Part shown: piece after piece, positions 1-9,281 of the stretch | Layout: each line of letters starts with the position of its first letter | How positions within the stretch are numbered: position 1 is the stretch's first letter | Notes under the pieces: generated by a model | What the model was told of the DNA's origin: nothing | Seen by the model: the letters and a program-made list of their open reading frames with translations, nothing else | The model's database searches: none | Assembly: GCA_963847705.1 (NCBI GenBank) | Contig: CAWKBC010000041.1 | Location: 1-64,000 of the forward strand | Direction: 5' to 3' | Length of the DNA: 64,000 nt | DNA from: an uncultured Pseudomonadota bacterium | GTDB lineage: Bacteria; Myxococcota_A; Polyangia; Fen-1088 | Program-made: the position numbers and the translations under genes

Positions 1-1
1 G

Positions 2-709
2 CACGTGGTCGAAGCGCTGGGCGATCTCCAGCGCGGCGGGCGTCTGGCCGGCGACGAGCTGCAGCGTCTTCATCAACAACCCGCCGAAGTCGGTGGCGTT
101 GGCCGCCGCCAGCCGCTCCTCGTAAAGCTTGTAGGCCTTGCCGATCACGTCGTCGAAGTAGTCGTCCGAGTTGAACGCGTCCGCCGTCGTCCCGTTGTTC
201 TTGGCGCGGTCGATCGCCGAGAGGACCTGCCGCACCGGGAACATCCGCTCCGGGACCTTGAGGTCGGTCAGCACCCGGCCGAGGAGTCGCTTCTGGTCGT
301 CGTCGTCGTAGATGACGAAGTCCTTGCGCAGCCCGACCGCCTCGCCCCACGTGCGCAGGATGCGGGCCGAGATGGCGTGAAACGTCCCCACCCACAGGCC
401 GCGGCTGCCGACCTTCATCCGCTCCCAGAGCAGCTTGTCGACCCGCTCGCGCAGCTCGCCGGCCGCCTTGTTGGTGAAGGTGACGGCGACGATGCGGCGT
501 GGGTCGGCGCCGGTCGCCACCAGGCGCGCCAGCCGGTAGGTGATGACCCGCGTCTTGCCCGAGCCCGCACCGGCCACCACCACCATCGGCCCGGGCGGCC
601 GCAGCACCGCCTCCAGCTGCGCCGGGTTCAGCTCCCGCGCCAGCACCTCGGGCGAAAACGGCGCGGGGCGCTGCTCGGTCGGCTCAGGCGCGGCGGGGGC
701 TGCTTCCAT
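2..709 (-). CDS. uvrD: UvrD/PcrA superfamily 1 DNA helicase, N-terminal part (runs off window)
   Basis: Manual translation from ATG 709: ELNPAQLEAV, VVAGAGSGKTRVIT (Walker A), AVTFTNKAA, WVGTFHAI, DFVIYDDDDQ. Confidence 0.93.
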   Translation of the reverse strand, partial: MEAAPAAPEPTEQRPAPFSPEVLARELNPAQLEAVLRPPGPMVVVAGAGSGKTRVITYRLARLVATGADPRRIVAVTFTNKAAGELRERVDKLLWERMKVGSRGLWVGTFHAISARILRTWGEAVGLRKDFVIYDDDDQKRLLGRVLTDLKVPERMFPVRQVLSAIDRAKNNGTTADAFNSDDYFDDVIGKAYKLYEERLAAANATDFGGLLMKTLQLVAGQTPAALEIAQRFDHV

Positions 710-784
710 CCGCGCTTACTCTGTCAAATCGGGGCGCGCGAGGCGATCCCCATTTCGGATTTCGCGGTTGGCGCCGCGGGCTGG

Positions 785-2584
785 TTACGACGCCCGGCTG
801 GTGATGCCGCGGTGGCGCAGCAGGTCGGCGATCTGGGCGATCACCTCGTGCTCGGGCTCGGTGCCGGTGATGCGCAGGTCGCAGGCCATGGTGCTCGAGC
901 CGCTGGGGTCGACGTCGATGAGCAGCATCGGCGCGTCGGGGGCCAGCGCCTGCACGGCGGTCGCGTCCGCGAGGCCGATGGCGTTGGTGGTCGACACCAC
1001 GATGAGGCCGGCGTTCAACAACAGGTGGGCGACCTCGCCGAACCTGCGGACCAGCTCGGACTGCGCGGCGTCGACCCACAGGTCGTGATCGACGCCGAGG
1101 AGCACGTTCTGGCCGTCGAGCATGTAGACGTTGCGCCCCGCCTCGAACAGCGCCTTTTCCAGCGCGCGCGCGTGGGTGTGCTTGCCGGTGCCGGCCTTCC
1201 CCACGAACATGATCAGCGCCGAGCGGTGGCCGTGGCGCGCGGCGCGGTCGGCGCTGGTGACGCCCCCGGGAACCCAGTTGAAGTCCCGCACGCGCGCCTC
1301 GGCGCGCAGGTCGCCGAGCTCGTCGGAGACGGCGGCGGTGATGATCCCGCCCCCCGCCACGTCGTAGCCGTCGACGATCACGAACCGTCCCGTCGCCTCG
1401 CAGTCGGCGGTCAGATCGAAGGCCACCGGCTGGCGCAGCTCGAGGACCACGTCGGCCACGTCGTTGCGGCCGACTTCGTCCTTCTCCAGCCGATGATCGA
1501 GCTGGCTGGCGTCGATGACCTTGTTGATCTTCTGCAGTTGCACCGGCAGCGCCGCCGTGCCGAGCTTGATCTTGTAGTCGCGCCCGCGGACCAGCGGCTT
1601 CTTGCCGAGCCAAATCAAGTTGGTGCGGATCCGCGTGGAGACCTGGGGCGGCTTGTCGACGTGGCTCATCACCTCGCCGCGGGTCACGTAGATCTCCTCG
1701 GAGAGGGCGAACCCGGTCGACCAGCCGGCGTCGATGCTGGTGCGCGGGGCGGTGTTGAACCCCTCGATGCTCTTGATGGTCGAGATCTTGTTGGACGGCG
1801 AGAAGACCACCTTGTCGCCGACCGCCACCTTCCCGGCCTCGATCCGCCCGGCGAAGATCCGGCGATCGTCGCCGTGCTCGGTGAACTTGTAGACCGCCTG
1901 CAGCGGCATCCGCAGCGGCTGGTCGCTCTTGGACGGCGCCTTGGGGAGTGTGTCGAGCAGCTCGAGCAGGGTCGGCCCGTCGTACCAGGGGGTCTCCTTG
2001 CCGCGCGTGGCCAGGTTCACGCCGGCGACGGCGGCCACCGGCACGAACTGCCGGGGGCTGACCGCGCCGATCCCCTCGAGAAACGCCCGGTACTCGGCCT
2101 CGATCTTCTTGAAGTGGTCCTGGTCGTACTTGACCAGGTCCATCTTGTTCACGCAGACCACCACCTGCCGGATGCCCAGCATCGAGAGGATGTAGCCGTG
2201 GCGCCGGCTGTTCTCGCGCACGCCCTCCTTGGCGTCGATCACCAGCACCGCCGCCTCGGCGCGCGCGGCGCCCGAGATCATGTTCTTCAGAAACTCGATG
2301 TGCCCGGGGGCGTCGATGATGATGTAGTCGCGCGTCTTGCTCTTGAAGAAGCAGCGCGCGGTGTCGATGGTGATCCCCTGGTCCTGCTCGTCGGAGAGCG
2401 CGTCCAGCAAGAACGCGTACTCGAACGGCTTGCCGGTCCGCTCGCACTCGCGCCGCACCGACTCCAGCTTCCCCTGCGGCAACGCCCCCGTGTCGGCCAG
2501 CAACCGCCCGACCACCGTGCTCTTGCCGTGATCGACGTGCCCGACGATGACGACGTTGAAAGTATCGCGCTGGGCCTCGCTCAT
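785..2584 (-). CDS. cysN: Sulfate adenylyltransferase large subunit with C-terminal APS-kinase-like domain (CysN/CysNC)
   Basis: [20 protein letters not shown] and NKMD GTPase motifs; C-terminal [18 protein letters not shown] CysC-like region; start set at MSEAQ; next to cysD. Confidence 0.92.
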   Translation of the reverse strand: MSEAQRDTFNVVIVGHVDHGKSTVVGRLLADTGALPQGKLESVRRECERTGKPFEYAFLLDALSDEQDQGITIDTARCFFKSKTRDYIIIDAPGHIEFLKNMISGAARAEAAVLVIDAKEGVRENSRRHGYILSMLGIRQVVVCVNKMDLVKYDQDHFKKIEAEYRAFLEGIGAVSPRQFVPVAAVAGVNLATRGKETPWYDGPTLLELLDTLPKAPSKSDQPLRMPLQAVYKFTEHGDDRRIFAGRIEAGKVAVGDKVVFSPSNKISTIKSIEGFNTAPRTSIDAGWSTGFALSEEIYVTRGEVMSHVDKPPQVSTRIRTNLIWLGKKPLVRGRDYKIKLGTAALPVQLQKINKVIDASQLDHRLEKDEVGRNDVADVVLELRQPVAFDLTADCEATGRFVIVDGYDVAGGGIITAAVSDELGDLRAEARVRDFNWVPGGVTSADRAARHGHRSALIMFVGKAGTGKHTHARALEKALFEAGRNVYMLDGQNVLLGVDHDLWVDAAQSELVRRFGEVAHLLLNAGLIVVSTTNAIGLADATAVQALAPDAPMLLIDVDPSGSSTMACDLRITGTEPEHEVIAQIADLLRHRGITSRAS

Positions 2585-2614
2585 ACTCGTCGAACTCCTA
2601 TCATATCGACCTCT

Positions 2615-2706
2615 GTCCAAGCACCGGAAGGGCGAGCTTTGCTCGCCCGGCCAACGACACGGGCAACAAGGAACCGGCTGGTGGGGGGACTGGTCCCCCC
2701 GCCCCT
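2615..2706. repeat. Dispersed palindromic (REP-like) element, intergenic copy
   Basis: GTCCAAGCACCGGAAGGGCGAGCTTTGCTCGCCC hairpin then GGGGGGAC..GTCCCCCC hairpin; GTCCAAGCACCGG is shared with the copy at 36612. Confidence 0.65.
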
Positions 2707-2708
2707 GG

Positions 2709-3620
2709 TCACATGTACCCCTTGCGGCGCAGCTCCTCGAGGCCGTGCTTGCCGTCCTGCAGGCGGCCGGAGCGCTCGGCGATGTTCCGCAGCGAGCCGC
2801 TCTTGAGCTCGGTGATGATGTCGTCCACGTTCTTCGAGGTGCTCTTGATGGGCGACTGACAGGGGCCGCAGCCGAGGCTGCGGTAGCGCGTTCCACTCCC
2901 CTGGTCGTAGTAGAGCGACACCGTGGGGATGCTCTCCCGCTTGATGTACTCCCAGATGTTCAGCTCCGTCCAGTCGAGGAGCGGGTGGATGCGCACGTGC
3001 GTCCCCGGCGCGAAGTCGGTCTTGAACTGGTTCCAGAACTCGGGCGGCTGATCGCCCACGTCCCAGTCGTCGTTCTTGTCACGCGGCGAGAAGTAGCGCT
3101 CCTTCGAGCGGCTCCCCTCTTCATCGGCGCGCGCGCCCACGATGACGCCGGTGTAGGGGGCGTGGTCCGGATCGACCTCGTACTTGCCAGTCTTGAGGTT
3201 CATCCGCATCCGCTCGCCCGTGCCGTGCAGCGTGGCGGCCAGCGCCCCGCTCTTGAGCTTGCCGCAGCACTCGGTGCGCGCCGACGCTTGCTCCTCGGCG
3301 GTCATCTTGGGGTTCGCCTTCAGCTTCTCGGGGAAGGTGTCCTTGGCCGCCAGCGCCGCTTTGTTCTGGCCGACGATCATCTGCAGCTTGTACTCCATGG
3401 CCAGACGGTCGCGGTAGGCGATCATCTCGGGGAGCTTGTAGCTGGTGTCGATGTGGACCAGCGGGAAGGGGATGTGGCCGAAGAACGCCTTGCGCGCCAG
3501 CCAGAGGAGAACCGTCGAGTCCTTCCCGATCGACCACAACATGCAAAGGCGCTCGAAGTGACGGAACGCTTCCCGGAAGATGTAAACGCTCTGCTGTTCG
3601 AGTTGCTCCAGGTGATCCAT
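2709..3620 (-). CDS. cysD: Sulfate adenylyltransferase small subunit
   Basis: [66 protein letters not shown]. Confidence 0.96.
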   Translation of the reverse strand: MDHLEQLEQQSVYIFREAFRHFERLCMLWSIGKDSTVLLWLARKAFFGHIPFPLVHIDTSYKLPEMIAYRDRLAMEYKLQMIVGQNKAALAAKDTFPEKLKANPKMTAEEQASARTECCGKLKSGALAATLHGTGERMRMNLKTGKYEVDPDHAPYTGVIVGARADEEGSRSKERYFSPRDKNDDWDVGDQPPEFWNQFKTDFAPGTHVRIHPLLDWTELNIWEYIKRESIPTVSLYYDQGSGTRYRSLGCGPCQSPIKSTSKNVDDIITELKSGSLRNIAERSGRLQDGKHGLEELRRKGYM

Positions 3621-3664
3621 GAACCGCTTATCTTGCCACAGGGACGGCTGGACGGCGCGTCAGC

Positions 3665-5524
3665 TCAGTTCGGAGCTGCCAGGAGCTCACGCTCCGCTTC
3701 GCGCAGCGTCTGCTTCCACTCAGGATCTCCAGGAACGGCCGCCACGGCCTTCCGGTAGAGCCTCACCGCGTCGCCGATCCGCCCGAGCCGCCGCAGATGA
3801 TCGCCGTAGTCGACCAGCGTCTGATGGCAGCCCTCCCGATCGTGCTGCAGCGCCGCCTGAAACAGCTCCGACGCGCGCGAGGTGTTGCCGGCGAAGCCAT
3901 GCTCCAGCGCCGCCTGGTGCAGCGCCCAGTGATCGTCGGGCTCGAACGCCAGCGCCAGGTCGTAGGCGTCGGCCGCGTCGGTGTGGCGCTCCATCTCGGC
4001 GTAGATGTCGCCGCGGATCGCCGCGATGAAGAAGGGATCGCCTCCGCGACTGCCGGCCTCCCCTATTGCTTCGAGCGCCTCCAGGGTGCGGCCCTGCTCG
4101 AGCAGGACCTGCGCCAGCTTGGCGTAGCCGAGCCCGTAGGTCGCGTCCATCGCCACCACCTGGCGAAACGCCGCCTCGCCCTCCTTGAGGTGTCCCGCCT
4201 CCAGCTCGGCGTCGCCGAGCTCGCGCCATCCGTCGACCAGCGCCGGGTTGAGCTCGATCGCGCGCTTGGCGACGGCCGCCGCGTCGGGGGCGCGCACGGC
4301 GTTGAGCGCCTCGGCGAGAAATGCCTGTGCGGCGCCCAGATCGACCAGGGCCGGGAGAGCGGCGACCGCCCGCGCATCGCGCGCGGCCTGGGCGGCACGC
4401 CCCGCCTCGAGCTCCTCGCGCGCGGCCTGCAACCGGGCCAGCCCCTCGCGCAGGGCCGGCGTCGGCGCCCGCAGCTTGGCCAGATCGCGATCCAGCGGAT
4501 CGAGCGCCGCCACGATGCGGACCGCCAGCGCCCCGACGTTCGAGATCGGACCGGTGAAGGACTTGCCGGAGCCCTTGCCCGACGCCTTGTCGGTCTCCTT
4601 GCCGGCTTTCTCGCCGACTTTCTGGCCGTCCTGCTCCGTCTCCGACGGCTCGGCCAGCGCGGCCAGCGCTTCGCCGCGCCAGAACGCCGCCGTGGCCACC
4701 GTCGCCTCGCCAAGGAGTGCCCGCGCCGCCGCCACCGCGGCCGTGTCGCCCCGCTCGGCCGCCAGCACCGAGACCAGCGCCGCCGCGTCGAGCCGCGCGT
4801 CGTCGTCGCGCGCGCCGATCGGCTCGAGCGCGATCGCGTCACTGAACGCCCGCAGCGCCCCCTCTTGATCTCCGACGCGCACCGCGCGCATCCCGATCGC
4901 CAGCATCAGAGCCGGCGTGGGGGGCGTCGCGGCGCGCAGGGCCGCCGCCAGCGTCGCGTCGATCTCCGCCGCGCGCCCTTCGGGCTCGAGCAGCTCGGCG
5001 AAGTCGAGCCAGTGGTCGGCAAGGCCGGGATCGCGGTGGCAGCGCGCCTCACAAAGAGAGATGGCTGATTCGCCCGGCACACCGACCGAGGCCAGCTCGG
5101 CGCAAAGCACGTGCAGGAAGCGCAGGCACGAGGTCCCGACCCGATCGACCCCCTGCTCGGTCACCTCGACCACCGGCCATTCGCCGTCGCCGCTCGCCTC
5201 TTCGGCGTCGAGCGCGTACCGGCGCCCCGCCCGATCGACGATCGGCCACAGCCCGGCCGGCCAGTGCGAGATCCCCGGCGTCCGGCGTGCGCCCGAGACC
5301 CGCGCCACCGCCTCGTCCATCGTGAGGAGCCGCGTCTCAGGACCAAGCAGGCCACCGTCGTGGGCGGCGAGAAAAGCCGCCAGCCCGGGCGGCGGCGCCA
5401 TCCCCATGACCGACTGGAACCGGGCCAGCCCGTCAGGCGCGACGCCCCGGAACAGGACCGCGTCCGGCAGCGCGGAGACCACCCGTTCTATTTCGCCGAT
5501 CAGCGTACGGGCGGGCTCCTTCAT
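3665..5524 (-). CDS. SMI1/KNR4-like N-terminal domain plus TPR repeat protein
   Basis: N-terminal GVAPDGLARFQSVMGMAPPPGLAAFLAAHDGG resembles SMI1/KNR4; C-terminal TPR-like helices (AIELNP..WRELGDA, YGLGYAKLAQ, AVRLYRKAVAAVPGDP). Confidence 0.65.
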   Translation of the reverse strand: MKEPARTLIGEIERVVSALPDAVLFRGVAPDGLARFQSVMGMAPPPGLAAFLAAHDGGLLGPETRLLTMDEAVARVSGARRTPGISHWPAGLWPIVDRAGRRYALDAEEASGDGEWPVVEVTEQGVDRVGTSCLRFLHVLCAELASVGVPGESAISLCEARCHRDPGLADHWLDFAELLEPEGRAAEIDATLAAALRAATPPTPALMLAIGMRAVRVGDQEGALRAFSDAIALEPIGARDDDARLDAAALVSVLAAERGDTAAVAAARALLGEATVATAAFWRGEALAALAEPSETEQDGQKVGEKAGKETDKASGKGSGKSFTGPISNVGALAVRIVAALDPLDRDLAKLRAPTPALREGLARLQAAREELEAGRAAQAARDARAVAALPALVDLGAAQAFLAEALNAVRAPDAAAVAKRAIELNPALVDGWRELGDAELEAGHLKEGEAAFRQVVAMDATYGLGYAKLAQVLLEQGRTLEALEAIGEAGSRGGDPFFIAAIRGDIYAEMERHTDAADAYDLALAFEPDDHWALHQAALEHGFAGNTSRASELFQAALQHDREGCHQTLVDYGDHLRRLGRIGDAVRLYRKAVAAVPGDPEWKQTLREAERELLAAPN

Positions 5525-5845
5525 GCCGACGGTTTAGTCCGCCATCTCCTGACAAGCAAGCCCGGCCAGGCCCCACGCGCCGAGACTGGCCCAAGACTGA
5601 CCCGGACCGACCAAGGACCGTTCCGAAGACCGGCTGACGACCAGGCAAAATGCGGCACCCGAACCGTCAATTGGCCCAGTGCGTCTTCGGCCGACCAGCC
5701 AACCGCCTGGCGAGCCCGCAGATCTGGGCCTTCGAGCCGCCCTGAAAAAACAGGCGTAGTTGTTTGTAGCCCATCATCCAAAAAAAAAGCTCGCTCAAGT
5801 CGGTCGCACCGTGAGAAACTTGAGTAGGTTTTCGCCGCGGCCACC

Positions 5846-7210
5846 ATGGGAAGAATCCTTCTATGCGACGACGAAGAGTCTCTGTGCCGGAGCCTGGGGC
5901 GCATTCTGCGCTCGGCGGGTCATGAAGTTGTCACGCAGAACGGCGAGCAGGGTCTGGCCCGCCTGCGCCAGGAGCGGTTCGACCTCATCCTGACCGACAT
6001 CCGCATGCCGGATGTCAGCGGGTTCGACATCCTGGCCGCCGCGCGTTTGCACGCGCCCGGCACCCCGGTCATTGCCATGAGCGGCAGCGCCGAGATCCCG
6101 GACGCCGTGCGGGCGATGCACGCCGGCGCGCGCGACTTCCTGATCAAGCCGTTCGAGACGCGCACGCTGGAGGAGTCAGTGGCAGCGCTGCTGAAGCCCA
6201 CGCCGCCCGAGCCGGAGCCCGACGCGCTCGCCTGGCGCGACAAGCACGCCCCCTGGCTGCTCGGCAACGACGCCAGCCTGCTTCCCGCGCTGGGTTTGCT
6301 GGCCCAGGTGGCCGACACCAGCTGCACCGTCCTCATCACGGGCGCGTCAGGAACCGGCAAGGAGCTGGTCGCGCGCTCACTGCACGCCGGCTCGGCGCGC
6401 AAGAACAAGCCGTTCGTGGCGGTGAATTGCGCCGCCATCCCGGCGAACCTGGTCGAGTCGGAACTGTTCGGTCACGCCAAGGGCTCGTTCACCGGCGCCT
6501 CGAGCGCGCGGACCGGCCGGTTCGCGCAGGCCGACACCGGCACGATCTTCCTCGACGAGATCGGCGAGATGGAGATTGGCGTCCAGGCCAAGCTGCTGCG
6601 CCTCATTCAGGACGGCGAGCTCTACCCCGTCGGCGAAGAGACCCCCACCCGCATCGACGTCCGCATCCTGGCCGCCACCAACCGCAACCTCGAACGCGAG
6701 GTGGCCGCCGGAAAGTTCCGCGCCGATCTCTACTGGCGCCTCAACGTCATCCCGGTCGAGATGCCGTCGCTGCGCGAGCGCCCGGGCGACATCGCGCCCC
6801 TGGCCGAGCACTTCCTGCGCCGCTCGAACGAGCGGCACAAGCGAGCCGTCGTCGGCTTCGAGCCCACCGCGGTGGGCGCGCTCGAGGCCTATCAGTGGCC
6901 CGGCAACATCCGCGAGCTGGAGAACCTGGTCGAGCGGCTGGTGATCGTCAAAGGCAAAGGGACGATCGCGATGACCGATCTGCCGCAGGCGGTCCGCACC
7001 CCCCGCTCCCTGACGCCCAGCAAGGGAACGCCGATCCCCGGCCTGCCCGAGGACGGGACGGATCTGCGCGCCATGCTGGAGGCGGTCGAGGACCGCATGA
7101 TCGGCGAGGCGCTGGAGCGCACCGGCGGCAACAAGAACCGCGCCGCCGAGCTGCTGGGATTGAACCGAACGACGTTGGTCGAAAAGCTCCGCCGCAAGCG
7201 CGTCGCGTAG
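5846..7210 (+). CDS. Sigma-54-dependent response regulator (NtrC/AtoC family: REC-AAA+-Fis HTH)
   Basis: ILLCDDE, DIRMP, GASGTGKELVA, ESELFGHAKGSFTGA, FLDEIGE, WPGNIRELEN, NRAAELLGLNRTTL. Confidence 0.95.
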   Translation: MGRILLCDDEESLCRSLGRILRSAGHEVVTQNGEQGLARLRQERFDLILTDIRMPDVSGFDILAAARLHAPGTPVIAMSGSAEIPDAVRAMHAGARDFLIKPFETRTLEESVAALLKPTPPEPEPDALAWRDKHAPWLLGNDASLLPALGLLAQVADTSCTVLITGASGTGKELVARSLHAGSARKNKPFVAVNCAAIPANLVESELFGHAKGSFTGASSARTGRFAQADTGTIFLDEIGEMEIGVQAKLLRLIQDGELYPVGEETPTRIDVRILAATNRNLEREVAAGKFRADLYWRLNVIPVEMPSLRERPGDIAPLAEHFLRRSNERHKRAVVGFEPTAVGALEAYQWPGNIRELENLVERLVIVKGKGTIAMTDLPQAVRTPRSLTPSKGTPIPGLPEDGTDLRAMLEAVEDRMIGEALERTGGNKNRAAELLGLNRTTLVEKLRRKRVA

Positions 7211-7245
7211 GGCACCTTCGGCTCGGTGCGCGCTAAGCTGCCTGC

Positions 7246-7593
7246 GTGAACGTTCAGCTGTTCGGGACCAAGAAGTGCGCGGAGACGCGCAAGGCCGAGC
7301 GTTGGTTCAAGGAGCGCCGGGTCACGTTGCACGTCGTCGACCTCGCGCAAAAAGGGATGGCGCCCGGCGAGCTGCGCAACGTCGCCGCGCGCGCCGGCGG
7401 CTGGGAGGCGCTGATCGATCGCGGCGGGAAGCGCTACCTCGACAAGGGCCTCAAGTACGCCGCGCCGACCGGGCCGCGCATCGAGCAGGCGCTGGTCGAC
7501 GATCCGCTGCTGCTCCGCACGCCGATCGTCCGCTCGGAAGGGCGCGCGACCGTGGGGTACGTGCCGGAGATCTGGGAGACCTGGCTTGGGTGA
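7246..7593 (+). CDS. ArsC/Spx/MgsR family protein
   Basis: QLFGTKKCAETRKAERWF and PLLLRTPIVR..ATVGY. Confidence 0.85.
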   Translation: MNVQLFGTKKCAETRKAERWFKERRVTLHVVDLAQKGMAPGELRNVAARAGGWEALIDRGGKRYLDKGLKYAAPTGPRIEQALVDDPLLLRTPIVRSEGRATVGYVPEIWETWLG

Positions 7594-7853
7594 GCGCTAC
7601 GCGATCGTGACGAAGAGTTAACTTCCCCTCGACGCAACTGCGTTTAATGTCGAGGGTAGAAAAACGTAGCACCCGGTGGAGCCGAACGGGGAAGAGGTTG
7701 GTCGAGGTAGGCGAGGCCCCACCCGGTGTGCGTTCTAAAAAACAGCGTGGGCAGTCGGATCTTCGCGGGAGTGGGTGGCTTCCGTCTTCGCGTATCGAGA
7801 TTCTCGTCGCGAGGAGCCTTTGGGCGGAGAAAGATTCGGTGCCCACGCTTCTG

Positions 7854-8927
7854 CTATGCCGGTGGTCGTGGCTTTTCGTTGAGAGCATCGACGAACAGGC
7901 TGTCGGCGAGGCCAGCCAGGCCCGGGGTCCAGCGGGCGAGATGGCAGAGTACCTGTGAGGCTCTGACGACGGTGGCCGACAGAGGCTCCAGCAGGTCGAT
8001 GTCGCTGGGCTGAGCGTTCAGCGAAAGGAAGCCGTCGGGAGAGAGCGAGGTCGGGCCGACGAGCGCCGAGAACAGGCGTCGCATCTCTCCCGGTGTCCAG
8101 GCCCGCACGCGGAAACCGTACGGCGGCCGGTGCACGCGACGGAGCGAGTCGCGGGCGCGCTCCAGCAGTGCCGTCGTCTGATTGTAGAGTTGTCGAGCGC
8201 CGAGAACGTTCGCCAGTTGCACGCGAACCTTCCCTCCAGGACGGGTCACGCGGGACATCTCGCGGACGATCTCCGTGACGACGGCCTTGTCCAGATGCTG
8301 CAAGACGGAGTAGGAAAACGTCACGTCGATGCTGTCCGTGTCGAAGGGAAGGTGGCGGGCATCGGCCACCACATAGGCGACCTCGAGCCCCAGCTGCCGA
8401 GCGACGCGTCTTCCGGCAAGAGCTGCGGTCAGCGAGGGGTCGACGGCGACTGCCTTGAACCCCGCCCGACTGGCAGCGAGCGCCCAGCGGCCCCAGTTGG
8501 AACCGACGTCCAAGAGGACGTCGCCCGACCTGGGGAGAAGGCGAATCTCGGGAATCGGATAGCGAAGCAGTGGTCGCCGGTAGTGGCGGTAGAGCTGGCC
8601 ACAGGTCGCCGTCAGCCAGCGCTCGACGAAGGGATCGACGAAGGGATCGACGACGGGATCGACGACGGGATCGACGACGGGATCGACGACGGGACTCCCC
8701 GCGGCGGCGGCGGTCACCTGTTCTCGATGAGCTGCGACATCCTGGGTGGTGGTCCACCACGTGTGGTGGGTCCGAGGCCGATCCTCGCGCAGGAGAACCG
8801 GCACGCCCGCCACGAGGGGGAAGGAGTGCCGGGCAGGGCAATCCAAGGTCTGGTCTCTGGTGGCGAGACGAAGACCGTCGTAGGGACAGGTCAGGTGCCG
8901 GTCGAGCCAGGGTTCGATCCAGCTCAC
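7854..8927 (-). CDS. Trm112-like N-terminus fused to class I SAM-dependent methyltransferase
   Basis: LTCPYDG..CPARHSFPLVAGVPVLL (Trm112-like); LLDVGSNWGRW, ADARHLPFDTDSIDVTFSYSVLQH, RVTRPGG; GTG 8927 start is tentative (ORF open to 9002). Confidence 0.8.
   Translation of the reverse strand: MSWIEPWLDRHLTCPYDGLRLATRDQTLDCPARHSFPLVAGVPVLLREDRPRTHHTWWTTTQDVAAHREQVTAAAAGSPVVDPVVDPVVDPVVDPFVDPFVERWLTATCGQLYRHYRRPLLRYPIPEIRLLPRSGDVLLDVGSNWGRWALAASRAGFKAVAVDPSLTAALAGRRVARQLGLEVAYVVADARHLPFDTDSIDVTFSYSVLQHLDKAVVTEIVREMSRVTRPGGKVRVQLANVLGARQLYNQTTALLERARDSLRRVHRPPYGFRVRAWTPGEMRRLFSALVGPTSLSPDGFLSLNAQPSDIDLLEPLSATVVRASQVLCHLARWTPGLAGLADSLFVDALNEKPRPPA
8623..8694. repeat. 12-bp tandem repeat x6 (TCGACGAMGGGA) encoding PVVD/PFVD units in the methyltransferase
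   Basis: Directly visible; frame-preserving. Confidence 0.9.
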
Positions 8928-8958
8928 GAGGCTTCTGGCCCCCAGCAAGGGCCCGATC

Positions 8959-9264
8959 TCAACGGACCGGATCCGGCACTGACGCCACCAGGCCCTGACC
9001 ACTCAGCTCGGCAAGCAGCCCTCCAATGTCCCGTGTCAGGACCGCCGCATCGACCTCGTACTTCCCGCGCAGCTCTTCCACCAGCTCGGTCAGCATCAGA
9101 GGGCGGACCAACAGGCGAAAGACATCAGCACCGACTTGGTTCACTCTCCACGTGGTGCCCGTAGCCAGGTCCACCAGGAGCAATCCACCCTGGGACGTGT
9201 TCCTCGAGACCACGTTCGGGCAAACTCGGTAGCGAACCCCCGCAGCCACCTCCGGACTATACAA
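8959..9264 (-). CDS. PqqD-family RiPP recognition element (RRE, lasso B1-like)
   Basis: LLLVDLATGTTWRVNQVGADVFRLL..ELVEELRGKYEVD..DIGGLLAELSGQGLV; start uncertain (TTG 9264 or GTG 9249). Confidence 0.85.
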   Translation of the reverse strand: MYSPEVAAGVRYRVCPNVVSRNTSQGGLLLVDLATGTTWRVNQVGADVFRLLVRPLMLTELVEELRGKYEVDAAVLTRDIGGLLAELSGQGLVASVPDPVR

Positions 9265-9281
9265 CCCGGTAGCTCCAACAC

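Noticed and set aside
5-2806. 933-aa plus-strand ORF and similar long ORFs (19760-21646, 44944-47676, 50179-52335, 34019-36787)
   Set aside because: Antisense or off-frame shadows of well-supported genes, typical of high-GC DNA; no recognisable motifs.
7594-7853. tRNA or integron attC site at the island edge
   Set aside because: I could not find a cloverleaf/T-loop or properly placed RYYYAAC and GTTRRRY boxes, and there is no integrase.
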